Both the position numbers and the translations under genes were made by a program. A DNA stretch of 64,000 nucleotides from Actinomycetota bacterium (lineage in GTDB: Bacteria; Actinomycetota; Actinomycetes; S36-B12; CAIYMF01): positions 158 to 64,157 of the forward strand of contig WLRQ01000007.1 of assembly GCA_009697815.1 (NCBI GenBank). Reading direction: 5' to 3'. Positions 22,502 to 34,476 of the stretch are shown here, one piece after another. The notes beneath the pieces are model-generated. The model saw only the letters and a list, made by a program, of their open reading frames with translations. It ran no database searches and was not told where the DNA came from. Every line of letters begins with the position of its first letter. The first letter of the stretch is position 1.

Positions 22502-24046
22502 TCAGGCGGAGAACTCCGCGGCCGCACGCTTTGCGGCATCGAGGAGTGTGTTGGCGGTGGCGATCCGAGCTTCGACTTCCGCTGCCTTGCGCGCGTTACC
22601 TGCAGCGTCAGCGGCCGCACGCTCCTTTTCCAGCTTGGCCAAGGATCCCTGGAACTGCTCGACTGTTGCATCGGCCCGGGCCTTCGCCTCGGGATTGGTC
22701 CGCCGCCACTGATCCTGCTCCCCGTCACGGACCGCATCCTCGATGCTCCTCAGGCGGCCGTCGATGCGGTCCTTGTCCCCGCGGGGCACGTGCCCGATTT
22801 GCTCCCACCGCTCCTGGATCGACCGCAACGCAGCCTTGGCGCCCTTGAGGTCAGAGGTGTTGATGGCCTCTGCCTCGACGAGGAGGGCCTCCTTGGCCGT
22901 GAGATTCTCTGCGAAACCTGCATCTCGCTGACCAAGGGCGGCGGTGCGCGCCGCGAAGAAGGCGTCCTGGGCCGCGCGGAAGCGGGCCCACAACGCGTCT
23001 TCCTCGGCCTTGCTCGCCCGACCGGAGGCCTTCCAGCGAGTCATGAGATCGCGATAGGCCCCTGCGGTTGCGCCCCAGTCGGTAGAGGTGATCAGGGCCT
23101 CTGCCTGGTCGACGAGATCGTCCTTGGCCTGGCGGGCCTCCGAGCGTTCACTGTCGAGTTTGGCGAAATACTGGCGACGGTGCTTGTCGAACTGTGAACG
23201 GGCATGGCTGAAGCGTTTCCACAGCGATTGTTCGCCGGAACGGTCCGCGCGTGGGGCGCCCTTCCAGTCGTCGAGCAGGGTCTTGAAGCGTTCACCGGCG
23301 GTCTTCCACTCTGTGGAGTCAGCGAGAGCTTCAGCCTCCGCGACGATGCTCTCGCGGGCGGCGAGTGCGGCGGCCTTCGCCTCGGCCCGCTGTGCGTTCG
23401 CGATCTCACGACGTTCAGCCGCGAGGAGGTCGAGTGATTCGACTCGATCGGCCATCGAGGCGAGATCTCCCACCATCGACAGTTCGGCGAGAGCCTCCCG
23501 AACACGCTTGACCACAGCTGCAGACTGCTCGGGGGATGATTTCCCATCGGCGAGGCGCCTGCTGGCGAGGTCAAGTTCGCCCGAGAGGTCGTCGTACTTG
23601 CGCGCGAAGAATGCCAAGCCTTCGGCCTCCGAGCCCGCGGCCCACTGGCCCACCGGCTGTTCGGTTCCGTCGGCGAGCGTGACAAACACGGTGCCGTCCT
23701 CGGCGATGCGTCCGAACCGTGCGGAGTCAGACGGCGTGGGCGGGTCCGCGGGTGCAGCCGATATCGGCGACGCAGCGTCGCCTGCGGTCGTACGAGGGGC
23801 GGGTGAACCCGCGACGGGGCGCGGCGGGGCTGGACGCATCCGGCCCGCGAGGGAGGCGGGGCTGGGCCGCGCCGGGGAGATCGCCACATGGACAGCCGGC
23901 GCCGAGAGCGCGGGGGGTTCCGCGGTCTCCGCCACCACGGCAACCTCCGGGATGGCAGGCGCGGTCGCGGCGTCGACGTCGGTCTCGGGAGCGCTGGGCT
24001 CGGGCAGGTCGATCTCTGGCATGGTGGGGTTGCTCTCGCTGCTCAT
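22502..24046 (-). CDS. DUF349 domain protein
   Basis: Pro/Ala-rich N-terminus, then FGRIAEDGTVFV..GQW and repeated W......W...G...E..LW.RF..A...FF helical units. Confidence 0.88.
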   Translation of the reverse strand: MSSESNPTMPEIDLPEPSAPETDVDAATAPAIPEVAVVAETAEPPALSAPAVHVAISPARPSPASLAGRMRPAPPRPVAGSPAPRTTAGDAASPISAAPADPPTPSDSARFGRIAEDGTVFVTLADGTEQPVGQWAAGSEAEGLAFFARKYDDLSGELDLASRRLADGKSSPEQSAAVVKRVREALAELSMVGDLASMADRVESLDLLAAERREIANAQRAEAKAAALAARESIVAEAEALADSTEWKTAGERFKTLLDDWKGAPRADRSGEQSLWKRFSHARSQFDKHRRQYFAKLDSERSEARQAKDDLVDQAEALITSTDWGATAGAYRDLMTRWKASGRASKAEEDALWARFRAAQDAFFAARTAALGQRDAGFAENLTAKEALLVEAEAINTSDLKGAKAALRSIQERWEQIGHVPRGDKDRIDGRLRSIEDAVRDGEQDQWRRTNPEAKARADATVEQFQGSLAKLEKERAAADAAGNARKAAEVEARIATANTLLDAAKRAAAEFSA

Positions 24047-24061
24047 ATCTCGGTTCACTCC

Positions 24062-24874
24062 TCAGCCGACCCGCGGGATTTCGCTGGTCGTGGCCTTCGT
24101 GATGACGATCGGTTGCGTGGGTGCACCGTCGCTCGATCCATCCTTGACCCCGGCAGCCGCCACCTTCGTGACGACGTCGAGGCCCGACACCACCTTGCCC
24201 CAGATCGAGTAGTTTGCGGGCAACGTGGTGTCCTTGTACACGATGAAGAACTGACTTCCGCCTGTTCCCTTGCCAGCATTGGCCATCGCGACCGTGCCAG
24301 CAGGGTAGTTGGTGCCGTTGGACTTTGGCAGGTTCTCGTCAGGGACGGTGTACCCGGGATCACCCTTGCTGTCATTCGTCGGGCTGCCGCACTGCAGCAC
24401 GAAGAACGCTGACACAGTGATCCGCGAGCAGTCCGCGTTCTCGTAGTAGCCCTGCGCTGCCAGGAAGATCTCGGACTGAGCCGTCTTGGGGGCCTTCGGA
24501 TCGATCGCGATCTCGATCTTTCCGCAATTCGTTTCCAGGGTCAGGACATAGTCCGTCGCGGCCTTCAACGGTGTGCCACCGAACTTCTTCCAGGTTTGGG
24601 TCTTGGTCGTCGGGGTCGGCGCCGTGGTGCACCCCGCCACAGCCGTGGCGCTCGCCGTCGTCGAGGGGGTTGCGCTGGCGCTCAGAGTCGGATCGTTGCT
24701 GCTGCTGGAGACGACGATTCCGATGACGGCGCCCGACACGAGCACGAAGGCCGCGAGGACGGCCACAACCTGGTTCCGACGCTTGCGAGAGCCGGATTGG
24801 GTAACGCGGCGCGCTTGCTGCCGCTCGTACTTGAGCCGCGCGAGCTCACGCTCGCGCTTGTTGCTGCTCGACAC
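24062..24874 (-). CDS. ppiB: Membrane-anchored cyclophilin-type peptidyl-prolyl isomerase
   Basis: TM helix then VLQCGSP...GDPGY, GTVAMAN, GGSQFFIVY. Confidence 0.9.
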   Translation of the reverse strand: MSSSNKRERELARLKYERQQARRVTQSGSRKRRNQVVAVLAAFVLVSGAVIGIVVSSSSNDPTLSASATPSTTASATAVAGCTTAPTPTTKTQTWKKFGGTPLKAATDYVLTLETNCGKIEIAIDPKAPKTAQSEIFLAAQGYYENADCSRITVSAFFVLQCGSPTNDSKGDPGYTVPDENLPKSNGTNYPAGTVAMANAGKGTGGSQFFIVYKDTTLPANYSIWGKVVSGLDVVTKVAAAGVKDGSSDGAPTQPIVITKATTSEIPRVG

Positions 24875-25037
24875 GTCTGGCTCCCGTCACGTCGGCGGTG
24901 GTCGAACCCACCAGCGCAGGCTCACGAGTCTAGGGAGCAGCACGGGGGCGGCCAAGCGCGGGGCGGCAGGTAGGCTCCTGCCTGCAGATGGGCTCGCTCT
25001 GATCCCGTCGAGACGATCCGCCAGGAGGCCTCCGCCC

Positions 25038-25763
25038 GTGCTCGTCGTCGGCTTCCCCGCAGGCCCTTGGGGCACCAACTGCTATGTGCTCGCGCGAAGC
25101 GCGGGAGAGCAGTGCGTGATCGTCGATCCTGGGAAGGATTCTGCGTCCGGGATTGACGACATCATCCGCCAGCATGGGCTCGCTCCCGTAGCGGTGATCC
25201 TCACGCATGGGCACATCGACCACGTGTGGTCGGTGGTGCCGGTATGTGGCGCACGTGGGATCCCCGCCTACCTCCACCCATCTGACCGCGCCCTCCTCAC
25301 AGACCCCGGGGCTGGACTCAGCGGTGAGTCCCGGCGGATGCTCGCCTCGATGACAGGTGGCACCCTTGAGGCCGCCGAGCCGGACGACCTCCGCGAACTC
25401 ACCGACGGCCTCGTGCTTGAGATTGCCGGATTGGACCTCGTTGTCGACCATGCCCCTGGGCACACCGCAGGTTCAGTGATGTTCCGCACGGCCGGTGATG
25501 GCGATGTTCCCCCCGTCCTTCTCTCCGGCGATGTCCTGTTCGAGGGGTCGATCGGCAGGACAGACCTACCTGGCGGTGACCACGCCAGCATGCTCCGAAG
25601 CCTTCGGGTAAAGATCCTGCCTCTCGGGGACGAGACCGTGGTGTTGCCGGGCCACGGCAACTCGACCACCATCGGCCGCGAGCGCGCTAATAACCCCTAC
25701 GTCACGGCTTTGCTGTCTCGGTCTGTCGACGCGGGCCCGGCCGCGCAAACGCGGGGGATGTGA
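25038..25763 (+). CDS. MBL-fold metallo-hydrolase (glyoxalase II-like)
   Basis: THGHIDH, HAPGHTAG, SGDVLF, PGHG; GTG start behind AGGAGG. Confidence 0.92.
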   Translation: MLVVGFPAGPWGTNCYVLARSAGEQCVIVDPGKDSASGIDDIIRQHGLAPVAVILTHGHIDHVWSVVPVCGARGIPAYLHPSDRALLTDPGAGLSGESRRMLASMTGGTLEAAEPDDLRELTDGLVLEIAGLDLVVDHAPGHTAGSVMFRTAGDGDVPPVLLSGDVLFEGSIGRTDLPGGDHASMLRSLRVKILPLGDETVVLPGHGNSTTIGRERANNPYVTALLSRSVDAGPAAQTRGM

Positions 25764-25765
25764 CC

Positions 25766-27133
25766 ATGGCCCGTCCCGCTGCCCTCTCAGGGTTCCCTGA
25801 GTGGTTGCCACAAGATCGGATCGTCGAACTTAGGCTCCTCGATACCGTGCGATCGGTCTTCGAGTTGCACGGCTTCGCCTCGCTCGAGACACGGGCCGTC
25901 GAGCCGATCGAGCAGATGCTGCGCAAGGGCGAGATCGACAAGGAGGTCTACGTCCTGCGCCGACTTCACGCTGAAGATGGTGAGGCCGACGCCGGGCTAG
26001 GACTCCACTTCGACCTCACCGTCCCCTTGGCCCGCTACGTCGTGCAGAACGCAGGGCATCTCGAATTCCCATTCCGCCGATATCAGATCCAGAAGGTCTG
26101 GCGCGGTGAACGCCCACAAGAGGGCCGATTCCGGGAGTTCACCCAAGCCGATATCGACATCGTCGGACGCGACACCCTCGCCTTCCACCACGAGGTCGAG
26201 GTGGCTTTGGTCATGGCCGAAGTCTTCCGCGCACTGCCATGCCCGCCCGCGGTGATTTTGGTGAACAACCGCAAGCTTGCCGAGGGTTTCTTTCTCGGCC
26301 TCGGCGCTAGCGACACCGCAGCGGCCCTGCGGGCCATCGACAAACTCGACAAGATCGGCCCCGAGAAGGTCACCGGGCTCCTACGTCAGGACGCCGGGCT
26401 CTCCGAGGAGGCGGCACACAAGTGCCTCCAACTCGCCTCGATCCGAACCCCTGACACATCCTTCGTTGACCAGGTCCGGTCACTGGGTGTCGACCACCCC
26501 TTGCTCGATGAAGGGCTCGCAGAGCTTTCCGCAGTGGTCGGCGCCGCCGCCGCCCGCATGCCGGGTGCCGTCGTTGCAGACCTCAAGATCGCCCGCGGGC
26601 TCGACTACTACACCGGCACTGTGTACGAGACTCAACTCGTGGGTCACGAGTCTGTGGGGTCGATCTGCTCCGGTGGTCGATACGACCAGCTGGCGAGCGA
26701 CGGCAAGTCGACCTACCCAGGGGTGGGAATCTCCCTAGGCCTGACCAGATTGCTTTCGGTGCTGATCGGCCGGGGGCTCGTCACGGCCTCCCGCTCGGTC
26801 CCCACCTGCGTCCTGGTGGCAGTGGTCGATGAGGAGAACCGACGGGCCTCCGACGAGGTTGCCTCGCAGTTGCGCTCTCGCGGAATCAGCACCGAGGTCG
26901 CGCCCAAGGCGGAGAAGTTCGGCAAGCAGATTCGATACGCCGATCGCCGCGGTATCCCGTTCGTCTGGTTTCCCGAGGGCGACGCAACACACTCGGTCAA
27001 GGACATCCGGACGGGTGATCAGGTTCTCGCAGATCCCGCCTTGTGGCGACCACCTGAGAGTGATCTTGCCCCCTCAGTCCGCGTCGTCGCATCCGAGCCC
27101 GCCAGTCCCGAGAACAAGGAGATCCACCCGTGA
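25766..27133 (+). CDS. hisS: Histidine--tRNA ligase
   Basis: [44 protein letters not shown]. Confidence 0.97.
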   Translation: MARPAALSGFPEWLPQDRIVELRLLDTVRSVFELHGFASLETRAVEPIEQMLRKGEIDKEVYVLRRLHAEDGEADAGLGLHFDLTVPLARYVVQNAGHLEFPFRRYQIQKVWRGERPQEGRFREFTQADIDIVGRDTLAFHHEVEVALVMAEVFRALPCPPAVILVNNRKLAEGFFLGLGASDTAAALRAIDKLDKIGPEKVTGLLRQDAGLSEEAAHKCLQLASIRTPDTSFVDQVRSLGVDHPLLDEGLAELSAVVGAAAARMPGAVVADLKIARGLDYYTGTVYETQLVGHESVGSICSGGRYDQLASDGKSTYPGVGISLGLTRLLSVLIGRGLVTASRSVPTCVLVAVVDEENRRASDEVASQLRSRGISTEVAPKAEKFGKQIRYADRRGIPFVWFPEGDATHSVKDIRTGDQVLADPALWRPPESDLAPSVRVVASEPASPENKEIHP

Positions 27134-28935
27134 TCCGCACGCACACCGCCGGCAGTCTGCGGTCGGCTCACGTCGGCGAGATCGTCACCCTGGCCGGTTG
27201 GGTCGCGCGTCGTCGCGATCACGGAGGCGTCGCCTTCCTCGACCTCAGAGATGCCTCGGGAATCGTTCAGGTGGTCGTGCGCGATCCTGAGGTGGCACAC
27301 CCGCTCAGAAACGAGTTCTGTGTCCGCGTTGTCGGGGAGGTGTCCACGCGCCCCGAAGGCAATGCGAATGCCGATATTGCCACCGGGCAAATTGAGGTGG
27401 TGATCTCCGAACTCGAGGTTCTGAGCGTCAGCGCAGCCCTGCCGTTCCCCATTGACGATCACGTCGAGATTGGCGAAGAGGCGAGGCTCCGCCACCGCTA
27501 CCTTGACTTGCGCCGCCCGGCCCCGGCGGCCGCGATGCGACTACGTAGCCAGGTCAATCGAGTGGCGCGCGAGGTGCTGTACGACCAGGGATTCGTGGAA
27601 ATCGAGACACCCACGCTCACGCGCTCAACCCCTGAGGGCGCACGTGACTTCCTGGTGCCTGCTCGACTTGCCCCGGGCAGTTGGTACGCCCTGCCGCAGA
27701 GCCCACAACTGTTCAAGCAGTTGCTCATGGTCGCGGGGATGGAGCGCTACTTCCAGATCGCCCGCTGTTACCGCGACGAAGACTTCCGCGCCGACCGGCA
27801 GCCCGAGTTCACTCAGCTTGACATCGAGATGAGCTTCGTTGAGCAAGACGATGTGATCGCGATCGGTGAAGCCGTCGTGACCGCCGTGTGGGCGCAAATC
27901 GGAGTGCAGATTCCTACCCCCATACCCCGCATGACCTACGCCGATTCCATGGCCCGGTATGGCAATGACAAACCCGACCTCCGCTTCGGACTCGAACTCG
28001 TCGAGTGCACTGATTACTTCGCCGACACGCCTTTCCGAGTCTTCCAGGCTCCCTATGTCGGAGCAGTGGTGATGCCAGGTGGCGCATCGCAGCCGCGCAA
28101 GACGCTCGACGCCTGGCAGGACTGGGCCAAGCAACGCGGTGCTCGAGGGCTGGCCTATGTGCTGGTCGGCGATGACGGCGAACTCGGCGGTCCCGTAGCG
28201 AAGAACCTCAGTGACAGCGAGCGCGCGGGCCTGGCCGAACGCGTCGGTGCCTCACCAGGTGACTGTGTGTTCTTTGCCGCCGGCGAGACAACTCCGTCTC
28301 GCGCCCTCCTCGGCGCCGCCCGGCTCGAGGTCGGTCGCCGCAGTGCGTTGATCGACGAGTCATCGTGGTCCTTCGTGTGGATCGTCGATGCCCCTCTGTT
28401 CGAGGCCTCGTCATCAGCTACCGCCAGTGGTGATGTCGCGGTGGGCACTGGAGCATGGACGGCTGTCCACCACGCATTCACCTCACCCAAGCCCGAGTGG
28501 ATCGACACCTTCGAGTCTGACCCTGCGCACGCACTCGCCTACGCCTACGACCTCGTCTGCAATGGCAACGAGATCGGGGGCGGCTCTATCCGTATCCACC
28601 GCCGTGACGTTCAGCAGCGCGTGTTCGCCATGATGGGACTCGGACAGGACGAGCAGGAAGAGAAGTTTGGCTTCCTTCTCGACGCTTTCGCCTATGGCCC
28701 GCCGCCTCATGGCGGAATCGCCTTCGGGTGGGACCGCATCTGCGCGCTGCTCTCGGGCATGGACTCCATCCGCGAAGTCATCGCCTTCCCGAAGACGGGT
28801 GGCGGACACGACCCGCTCACCGGCGCCCCCGCCGCAATCACGGCTGAGCAGCGCCGCGAAGCCGGCGTGGATCCCAAGGCCGTAGTCACCGCGGCAGCCC
28901 TAGAGGGCGATCGAGACACTCCGGCGACGGGGTGA
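27130..28935 (+). CDS. aspS: Aspartate--tRNA(Asp/Asn) ligase, probably non-discriminating
   Basis: RRDHGG and RPEG anticodon-domain residues (H/G pattern of ND-AspRS), [36 protein letters not shown]. Confidence 0.96.
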   Translation: MIRTHTAGSLRSAHVGEIVTLAGWVARRRDHGGVAFLDLRDASGIVQVVVRDPEVAHPLRNEFCVRVVGEVSTRPEGNANADIATGQIEVVISELEVLSVSAALPFPIDDHVEIGEEARLRHRYLDLRRPAPAAAMRLRSQVNRVAREVLYDQGFVEIETPTLTRSTPEGARDFLVPARLAPGSWYALPQSPQLFKQLLMVAGMERYFQIARCYRDEDFRADRQPEFTQLDIEMSFVEQDDVIAIGEAVVTAVWAQIGVQIPTPIPRMTYADSMARYGNDKPDLRFGLELVECTDYFADTPFRVFQAPYVGAVVMPGGASQPRKTLDAWQDWAKQRGARGLAYVLVGDDGELGGPVAKNLSDSERAGLAERVGASPGDCVFFAAGETTPSRALLGAARLEVGRRSALIDESSWSFVWIVDAPLFEASSSATASGDVAVGTGAWTAVHHAFTSPKPEWIDTFESDPAHALAYAYDLVCNGNEIGGGSIRIHRRDVQQRVFAMMGLGQDEQEEKFGFLLDAFAYGPPPHGGIAFGWDRICALLSGMDSIREVIAFPKTGGGHDPLTGAPAAITAEQRREAGVDPKAVVTAAALEGDRDTPATG

Positions 28936-29025
28936 CGTGCTCGATCAGCTCACTGCCGGGCATCGCATACTGAACCCCCGGCATATCCGACTGCGAGCAG
29001 TGTGGGCGAGAGGAGACTGAGGACC

Positions 29026-29682
29026 GTGTCCAGGGCCCGTGCACTCTCGATCGTGGCAGTGGCAGCACTCGCCGTCGCCTGCCTCGCCTCATGTGCCAGC
29101 CCAGACTTCAAGTACGCGGCCCAGCGGCCCGGTAGCGTGCCCGCCGGCACGGTGTACTTCAAGGTCCCGTGGAGTTGGACGGAGTTCCCCGCCGAGCAGA
29201 TCGTCAAGGCTCAGCAAGGCTGGTCGGCCGACTCCACGGCGAAGACGCTGCTCGATGCCACCACCTGGCAGTCGGCGTATGACGCCGCGCCCCAACCCTC
29301 ACTCACGGATGTCTTCGGTACCGGAACTCCGGAAGCCCCGGTGGTCTACGCATCGCTGCGCAGCCTCTACTCGGCCGAGTCCGACGCCGCCACTTCAGCC
29401 GCGTTGCGAGACATGGTGGTTCCGCTGTCGACCCTCGGCACCGCAGTGAACGTCACCACGGACGACGTCATGACGCAGGGCAAGGTCACGGGCGTGCACG
29501 TGGTCTACTCCTATCTACCCCTTCCAGGGGCCGCTGAAATAACGATCGACCAGACTTCTTATCTCTCGGCTGAGAAGGATGCGGTCTACCTTCTCGTAGT
29601 CCGCTGCTCAACCACCTGCTACGCGGCACATCGCGACGAGATCTCGCGCGTGGTCTCGTCGTACACGATCCAGGAGGACTGA
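29026..29682 (+). CDS. Uncharacterised lipoprotein (possibly PsbP/Mog1-like fold)
   Basis: Signal peptide with lipobox LASC; C-terminal RCSTTCY pair; fold guess from beta-rich pattern only. Confidence 0.7.
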   Translation: MSRARALSIVAVAALAVACLASCASPDFKYAAQRPGSVPAGTVYFKVPWSWTEFPAEQIVKAQQGWSADSTAKTLLDATTWQSAYDAAPQPSLTDVFGTGTPEAPVVYASLRSLYSAESDAATSAALRDMVVPLSTLGTAVNVTTDDVMTQGKVTGVHVVYSYLPLPGAAEITIDQTSYLSAEKDAVYLLVVRCSTTCYAAHRDEISRVVSSYTIQED

Positions 29683-29683
29683 C

Positions 29684-32098
29684 ATGGCCGACGTGACCCC
29701 CCACGACCCACATGGCCGCCTTGACGCGCCCGGACCCAGCGGGCTGCCCGAGCCCCAGGTAGGGCCGTTCGTGTCGCCCACGCATGGCAGACGAGACGAT
29801 TCCGATGTGCTGACACGCAAGCCGCTCGTCTTCTGGGACCGCATTCGGCTGGCACTGTTCTTCGCCGTGGCGTTTGTGATCGTCCTGTGGTCACAGGCGT
29901 CAGGCAATCCCCTGATGGGAATCATCGAGGCGGAGAAGACCGCCGCCAGCACGGGTATCGGCCAAGTCCTCCTGATTCTCGTCGTGGTCGAATCCCTTCG
30001 ACAGGTGCACTTCCTGCTGGCTGAGAACGTTGCGTCGTACCACCAGGGCTGGATCCGCCTGTTCAAGGGAACGGAGCGCTTTAGTTCGAGATACAGCTCG
30101 TGGACGCGGTTCCGGATGGCGCGCCTGTTCAAGTGGGTTGTCACACTGTCGGTCATCTCGATGGTCCTCGCATCGGTATTCAAGACCTCTCCGATCCTGG
30201 CCCTCTTCCAGGTTCCGGCATGGTTTATCGGGCAGCTCCCGATGATCTTGCAGTTGATGATGTACATGTTCATCGCGGTGGCTCAGTTCGGACTGATCTT
30301 CTGGTTCTTGTCGCGTGGTGGCGTCGATGTCTACTTCCCCGACGACGTGAAGACCCGCTTCGACGACGTGTGGGGCCAGGACAATGTCGTCGAGCGCGTA
30401 CGCGAAAACATCGTCTTCATGGAGAACCCCGAGGCGATCGAGGCCAAGGGAGGTTATGTGCCCGGGGGCATCCTGCTCTGGGGTCCTCCGGGAACGGGCA
30501 AGACCCTTCTCGCAGAGGCGGTCGCAGGGGAGACCGGAAAGCCCTACGTGTTCGTCGATCCGGGCGCGTTCATCAACATGTTCATGGGTGTCGGCGTCCT
30601 GAAGGTCAAGGGCCTCTTCCGCAAGCTGCGGAAACTTTCGCTGCGCTACGGCGGCGTGATCGTGTTCTTCGACGAAGCCGACACCCTGGGAAGTCGCGGC
30701 GGCGCAGTCAGTCAGATGCGCCGCGCCGAACTGACGGGGGAGAGAACCCCTTTCGACGCGATCCATGGAGCAACCTGCAACGGAAGGCATTACGCGTCAA
30801 TGCCCACGCGGCGCTTCCTCGCTGACGCCGACCTCGCACAGCAGCGACAGCTCTTCGTCCCCACTGGGGGCAACGGCGGAGGCGGCATGGGAGGGATGGG
30901 CACACTACAGTCCCTGCTCACCGAGATGTCGGGCTTGAAGAAGCCCCGAGGCTTCGTCAATCGAGTCGTCCGTCGCACGTTGGGCATGCGGCCCAAGCCA
31001 CCGCCGAAGTACCGCATCCTGGTGATGATGGCCACCAATATGCCGGATGCACTCGACCCTGCGCTCCTGCGCCCGGGCCGCATCGACCGCATCTACCGTG
31101 TCGGCTACCCCTCGAAGGCTGGTCGTATCGACACCTACCGCAACTACCTGGACAAGATCCGTCACGAGGTGACGGATGCACAGATCGAGAATCTCGCCAC
31201 CATCTCGCCCTACGCGACCGGCGCGAGCATCAAGGACTCGGTGAACGAGGCGTTGGTGATCGCTTTGCGCGACGGCCGCGAGAGCGTGACCTATCCGGAC
31301 ATGATCAGGGCGAAGTCGCTCAAGGCTCATGGACTGCCCGACGGTTCGAGCTACGTCGATCGGGAGCGCCACTCCATAGCGCTGCATGAGGCGTGCCACG
31401 CCATCGTCATGTACCGCATGCAGCATTCGAGCATCATCGACACGGCCACGATCGAGCGTCGCGGTGATGTCGGTGGTTTCGTGTCGCCGATCCCTATCGA
31501 GGATCGCTTCGTCGAGTGGCGCAGCGAGGTGGAGATCGACGTCATGACCTTCCTCGCCTCCCTCGCGGGCGAGAGGATGTTCTACGACGGCGACCACACT
31601 CAGGGTGTCGGAGGAGACATGGCGGCTGCGACCGGCATCGTCACCCGATCGTTCCTCTCGCACGCGATGGGTCCCACTCTTCGCGCCTTCAACGGCGGGA
31701 TGCTGGGGCAGGCCGGCCTGGTGTCCGGCGGGGTGCCCCTTGTCGAGGGCCTGCCATTCGAGGGCGAGACGGCCAAGGCGATCGAGGCCAAGCTCGCCGA
31801 ACTCTACGACCGAACCGTCGAGGTCCTCCGGGCCAATCGTCGGGAGATTCTCGCGGTGACCCACGCTCTCGAGAGCCACAAGACCCTGTCGGGCGAGGAT
31901 GTCGTCGCCGTGATCGAGGGCACCGAGGGCCCGCTGGTCGATGGACGCGGGTACGTCGAGGCAGCGTTCGTCGCCGACCTTGAGGCCTATCACCGACGGG
32001 CGGTAGAAGCTCACAAGGTGGTGAGCGAGCGACCACCTGCCCTTCCCACCATGCCCGAACCGCTGGCAGCGGCGCGGGCGATCACCCCTGAGGCGTAA
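29684..32098 (+). CDS. FtsH-like membrane AAA+ metalloprotease paralog (peptidase M41)
   Basis: N-terminal TM segments, [39 protein letters not shown] zinc motif. Confidence 0.88.
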   Translation: MADVTPHDPHGRLDAPGPSGLPEPQVGPFVSPTHGRRDDSDVLTRKPLVFWDRIRLALFFAVAFVIVLWSQASGNPLMGIIEAEKTAASTGIGQVLLILVVVESLRQVHFLLAENVASYHQGWIRLFKGTERFSSRYSSWTRFRMARLFKWVVTLSVISMVLASVFKTSPILALFQVPAWFIGQLPMILQLMMYMFIAVAQFGLIFWFLSRGGVDVYFPDDVKTRFDDVWGQDNVVERVRENIVFMENPEAIEAKGGYVPGGILLWGPPGTGKTLLAEAVAGETGKPYVFVDPGAFINMFMGVGVLKVKGLFRKLRKLSLRYGGVIVFFDEADTLGSRGGAVSQMRRAELTGERTPFDAIHGATCNGRHYASMPTRRFLADADLAQQRQLFVPTGGNGGGGMGGMGTLQSLLTEMSGLKKPRGFVNRVVRRTLGMRPKPPPKYRILVMMATNMPDALDPALLRPGRIDRIYRVGYPSKAGRIDTYRNYLDKIRHEVTDAQIENLATISPYATGASIKDSVNEALVIALRDGRESVTYPDMIRAKSLKAHGLPDGSSYVDRERHSIALHEACHAIVMYRMQHSSIIDTATIERRGDVGGFVSPIPIEDRFVEWRSEVEIDVMTFLASLAGERMFYDGDHTQGVGGDMAAATGIVTRSFLSHAMGPTLRAFNGGMLGQAGLVSGGVPLVEGLPFEGETAKAIEAKLAELYDRTVEVLRANRREILAVTHALESHKTLSGEDVVAVIEGTEGPLVDGRGYVEAAFVADLEAYHRRAVEAHKVVSERPPALPTMPEPLAAARAITPEA

Positions 32099-32138
32099 GG
32101 GCCAGCGCGGGCCGAGCGTTCGGGCTGCACGCGGTCCG

Positions 32139-32981
32139 TCAGCCCGGGGGGAGCGAGCCCGAAGTGTTGCGGCGTCCACACGTGAAGCCGAGCGAGGTGT
32201 ACAGCGCACGCGCAGCGTCGTTGTGCGCATACATGCCAAGGGTCACGGCTGGCCTGCCCTGGGCGAGGACATCGGATGCCACTGTGGCGCAGAGGGCACG
32301 GGCCAGGCCCCGGCCCCGCCTGAGTGGATGGGTCGCAACATCGTTGAGATGCACCGCGCCAGACTCCATCGGGACAAGAGCGACCATGGCGACGAGCCCA
32401 CCAGCATCTGCAAGATCGCCTCCTGACTCCTCGATTCCAGCCCAGCGGGACACTCGAGGATCACCGGGTCGGATGGGGGCGTTCGGCGAGGCGAGCGCCA
32501 AGAGCGCTGCCAGCCGGGGATCGTCGGGGTGGAGATCCCGGACCGGAACGGTGCCTGCCCAGGTCGACAGCAGGAGCCTCGGAGGCGCAAGCCCGCCCGC
32601 GGCGGCGGAAGCGCACCACCAATCCCAGTCATCCGTCGCCGTGGGACGCAACCGACTAGGAAGCATCGCAAAACCCCCGCGAGGCAGAGTAATGCCGGCG
32701 ATCGACCTACCCTCGACCTCGCACCGCTGGGCCAGACGTAGGGCTACCTCGATCGCTGCGCGAGCAGATGTTTCGCTGTCGTCTGGGTGGGAGAGGGCCG
32801 TGAGCCATCGCGCCTGGCGATGCGGATGCCATGAGATCCAGGCGACCGCATGTCCGACCTCGATCTCGACGTCTTCCAGGCTGGAGCGCTCGCAGTCGTA
32901 GGTGAGGTAGGGATCGCCCTCCAACCCTCGGAGCATCAGTTCATAACGGCCACTCGTGGTGCCACCCCGGGAATCCGTCAC
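32139..32981 (-). CDS. GNAT family N-acetyltransferase (FR47-like C-terminal domain)
   Basis: [13 protein letters not shown] acetyl-CoA motif, [13 protein letters not shown]; GTG 32981 behind GGAGG. Confidence 0.82.
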   Translation of the reverse strand: MTDSRGGTTSGRYELMLRGLEGDPYLTYDCERSSLEDVEIEVGHAVAWISWHPHRQARWLTALSHPDDSETSARAAIEVALRLAQRCEVEGRSIAGITLPRGGFAMLPSRLRPTATDDWDWWCASAAAGGLAPPRLLLSTWAGTVPVRDLHPDDPRLAALLALASPNAPIRPGDPRVSRWAGIEESGGDLADAGGLVAMVALVPMESGAVHLNDVATHPLRRGRGLARALCATVASDVLAQGRPAVTLGMYAHNDAARALYTSLGFTCGRRNTSGSLPPG

Positions 32982-33021
32982 AGGACCACCCTCCCAGATT
33001 CGCGAGCCCCGAACGCCTAGG

Positions 33022-34467
33022 GTGAGCACGGTGAGCTCGAGCCTGTTCGATGAGGGGGTCGCACCCTCGCGCGCCTCGGCCCCGCTCGCTGTCCGGATGC
33101 GCCCGCGCACTCTTGCCGAGCTCGTGGGTCAACAGCACCTGGTTCGCCCAGGCAGTCCTCTGCGTCGGTTGATCGACTCTGCACAGGATGGCGGACCCGG
33201 CACCACAAGTGTGATTTTGTGGGGCCCCCCCGGCACGGGAAAAACCACGTTGGCCTCGATGGTGAGCACATCGTCCGGAAGGCGCTTTGTTCAGCTCTCT
33301 GCCGTCACCGCCGGGGTGAAGGACGTCCGCGAGGTGATCGACCGCGCTCGCGACTCGCTCGGCATGCAGGGCCAAGGGACAGTGTTGTTCGTTGACGAGG
33401 TACACCGTTTCTCCAAGACACAGCAGGACGCACTGCTCCCCGCCGTGGAGAACGGATGGGTCACGCTGATCGCTGCCACCACGGAAAACCCGTCGTTCTC
33501 GGTGATCTCGCCCTTGCTCTCACGCTCGCTCGTCCTCACGCTCCTCCCGCTGAGCGACGACGACATCCGCGATCTGATCACACGGGCGGTGGCCGACCCG
33601 CGGGGATTGGACGCCACAGTTGAACTCAGCGATGAGGCGCAGGATCACCTCGTGCGCATCGCGGGCGGTGATGCTCGTCGCGCCCTCACGAGTCTGGAGG
33701 CAGCCGCGGGTGCGGCTCTCGATTCCGGTTCGCGCTCCATCGACCTCTCGGTCGTCGAGCGTGCCGTCGATCGAGCCGCCCCTCGGTATGACCGCGACGG
33801 CGACCAGCACTATGACGTCATCAGCGGTTTCATCAAGAGCATTCGCGGGTCGGACGTCGATGCCGCACTTCACTATCTCGCACGGATGCTCGAGGCGGGG
33901 GAGGACCCACGTTTCATTGCCCGCCGACTCGTGATCCTGTCCAGCGAGGACATCGGCCTGGCCGATCCGTCCGCCCTTCAGACCGCGACGGCGGCCGCAT
34001 CTGCAGTGGCATTCATCGGTCTTCCCGAAGGACGCCTGATCTTGGCCCAGGCCACCATTGCGCTGGCCCTAGCACCTAAGTCGAACGCCGTATATCTCGC
34101 GATCTCGGCGGCCGAGGAGGATGTACGCCGAGGGCTCATCGGCCCAGTTCCGCCCCATCTGCGCGACAGCCACTACGCGCGGGCGACTGATCTCGGACAC
34201 GGCGTCGGCTATAGCTATCCGCATGACGTCCCCGGTGCGGTGGCCGCTCAGCAATACGCCCCCGACCAGGCAGTGGGCCGCCGGTACTACGTCCCGACCG
34301 GATATGGAGCCGAGGCACGCTACTCAGATCTCCTAGGTCGCCTTCGCGTGGCGCTGGGTCGTGACCCGGCCCCTGACCCTTCGGGCCCCTCGCAGGTAGG
34401 CTCAGATGCCCCGGGTCCATCGGATGATGCCACTCCGGACGTGAACCACTCGTTCAATGAAGGGTGA
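33022..34467 (+). CDS. rarA: Replication-associated recombination protein A (MgsA/RarA)
   Basis: [47 protein letters not shown]. Confidence 0.96.
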   Translation: MSTVSSSLFDEGVAPSRASAPLAVRMRPRTLAELVGQQHLVRPGSPLRRLIDSAQDGGPGTTSVILWGPPGTGKTTLASMVSTSSGRRFVQLSAVTAGVKDVREVIDRARDSLGMQGQGTVLFVDEVHRFSKTQQDALLPAVENGWVTLIAATTENPSFSVISPLLSRSLVLTLLPLSDDDIRDLITRAVADPRGLDATVELSDEAQDHLVRIAGGDARRALTSLEAAAGAALDSGSRSIDLSVVERAVDRAAPRYDRDGDQHYDVISGFIKSIRGSDVDAALHYLARMLEAGEDPRFIARRLVILSSEDIGLADPSALQTATAAASAVAFIGLPEGRLILAQATIALALAPKSNAVYLAISAAEEDVRRGLIGPVPPHLRDSHYARATDLGHGVGYSYPHDVPGAVAAQQYAPDQAVGRRYYVPTGYGAEARYSDLLGRLRVALGRDPAPDPSGPSQVGSDAPGPSDDATPDVNHSFNEG

Positions 34468-34476
34468 CCTGACGCT

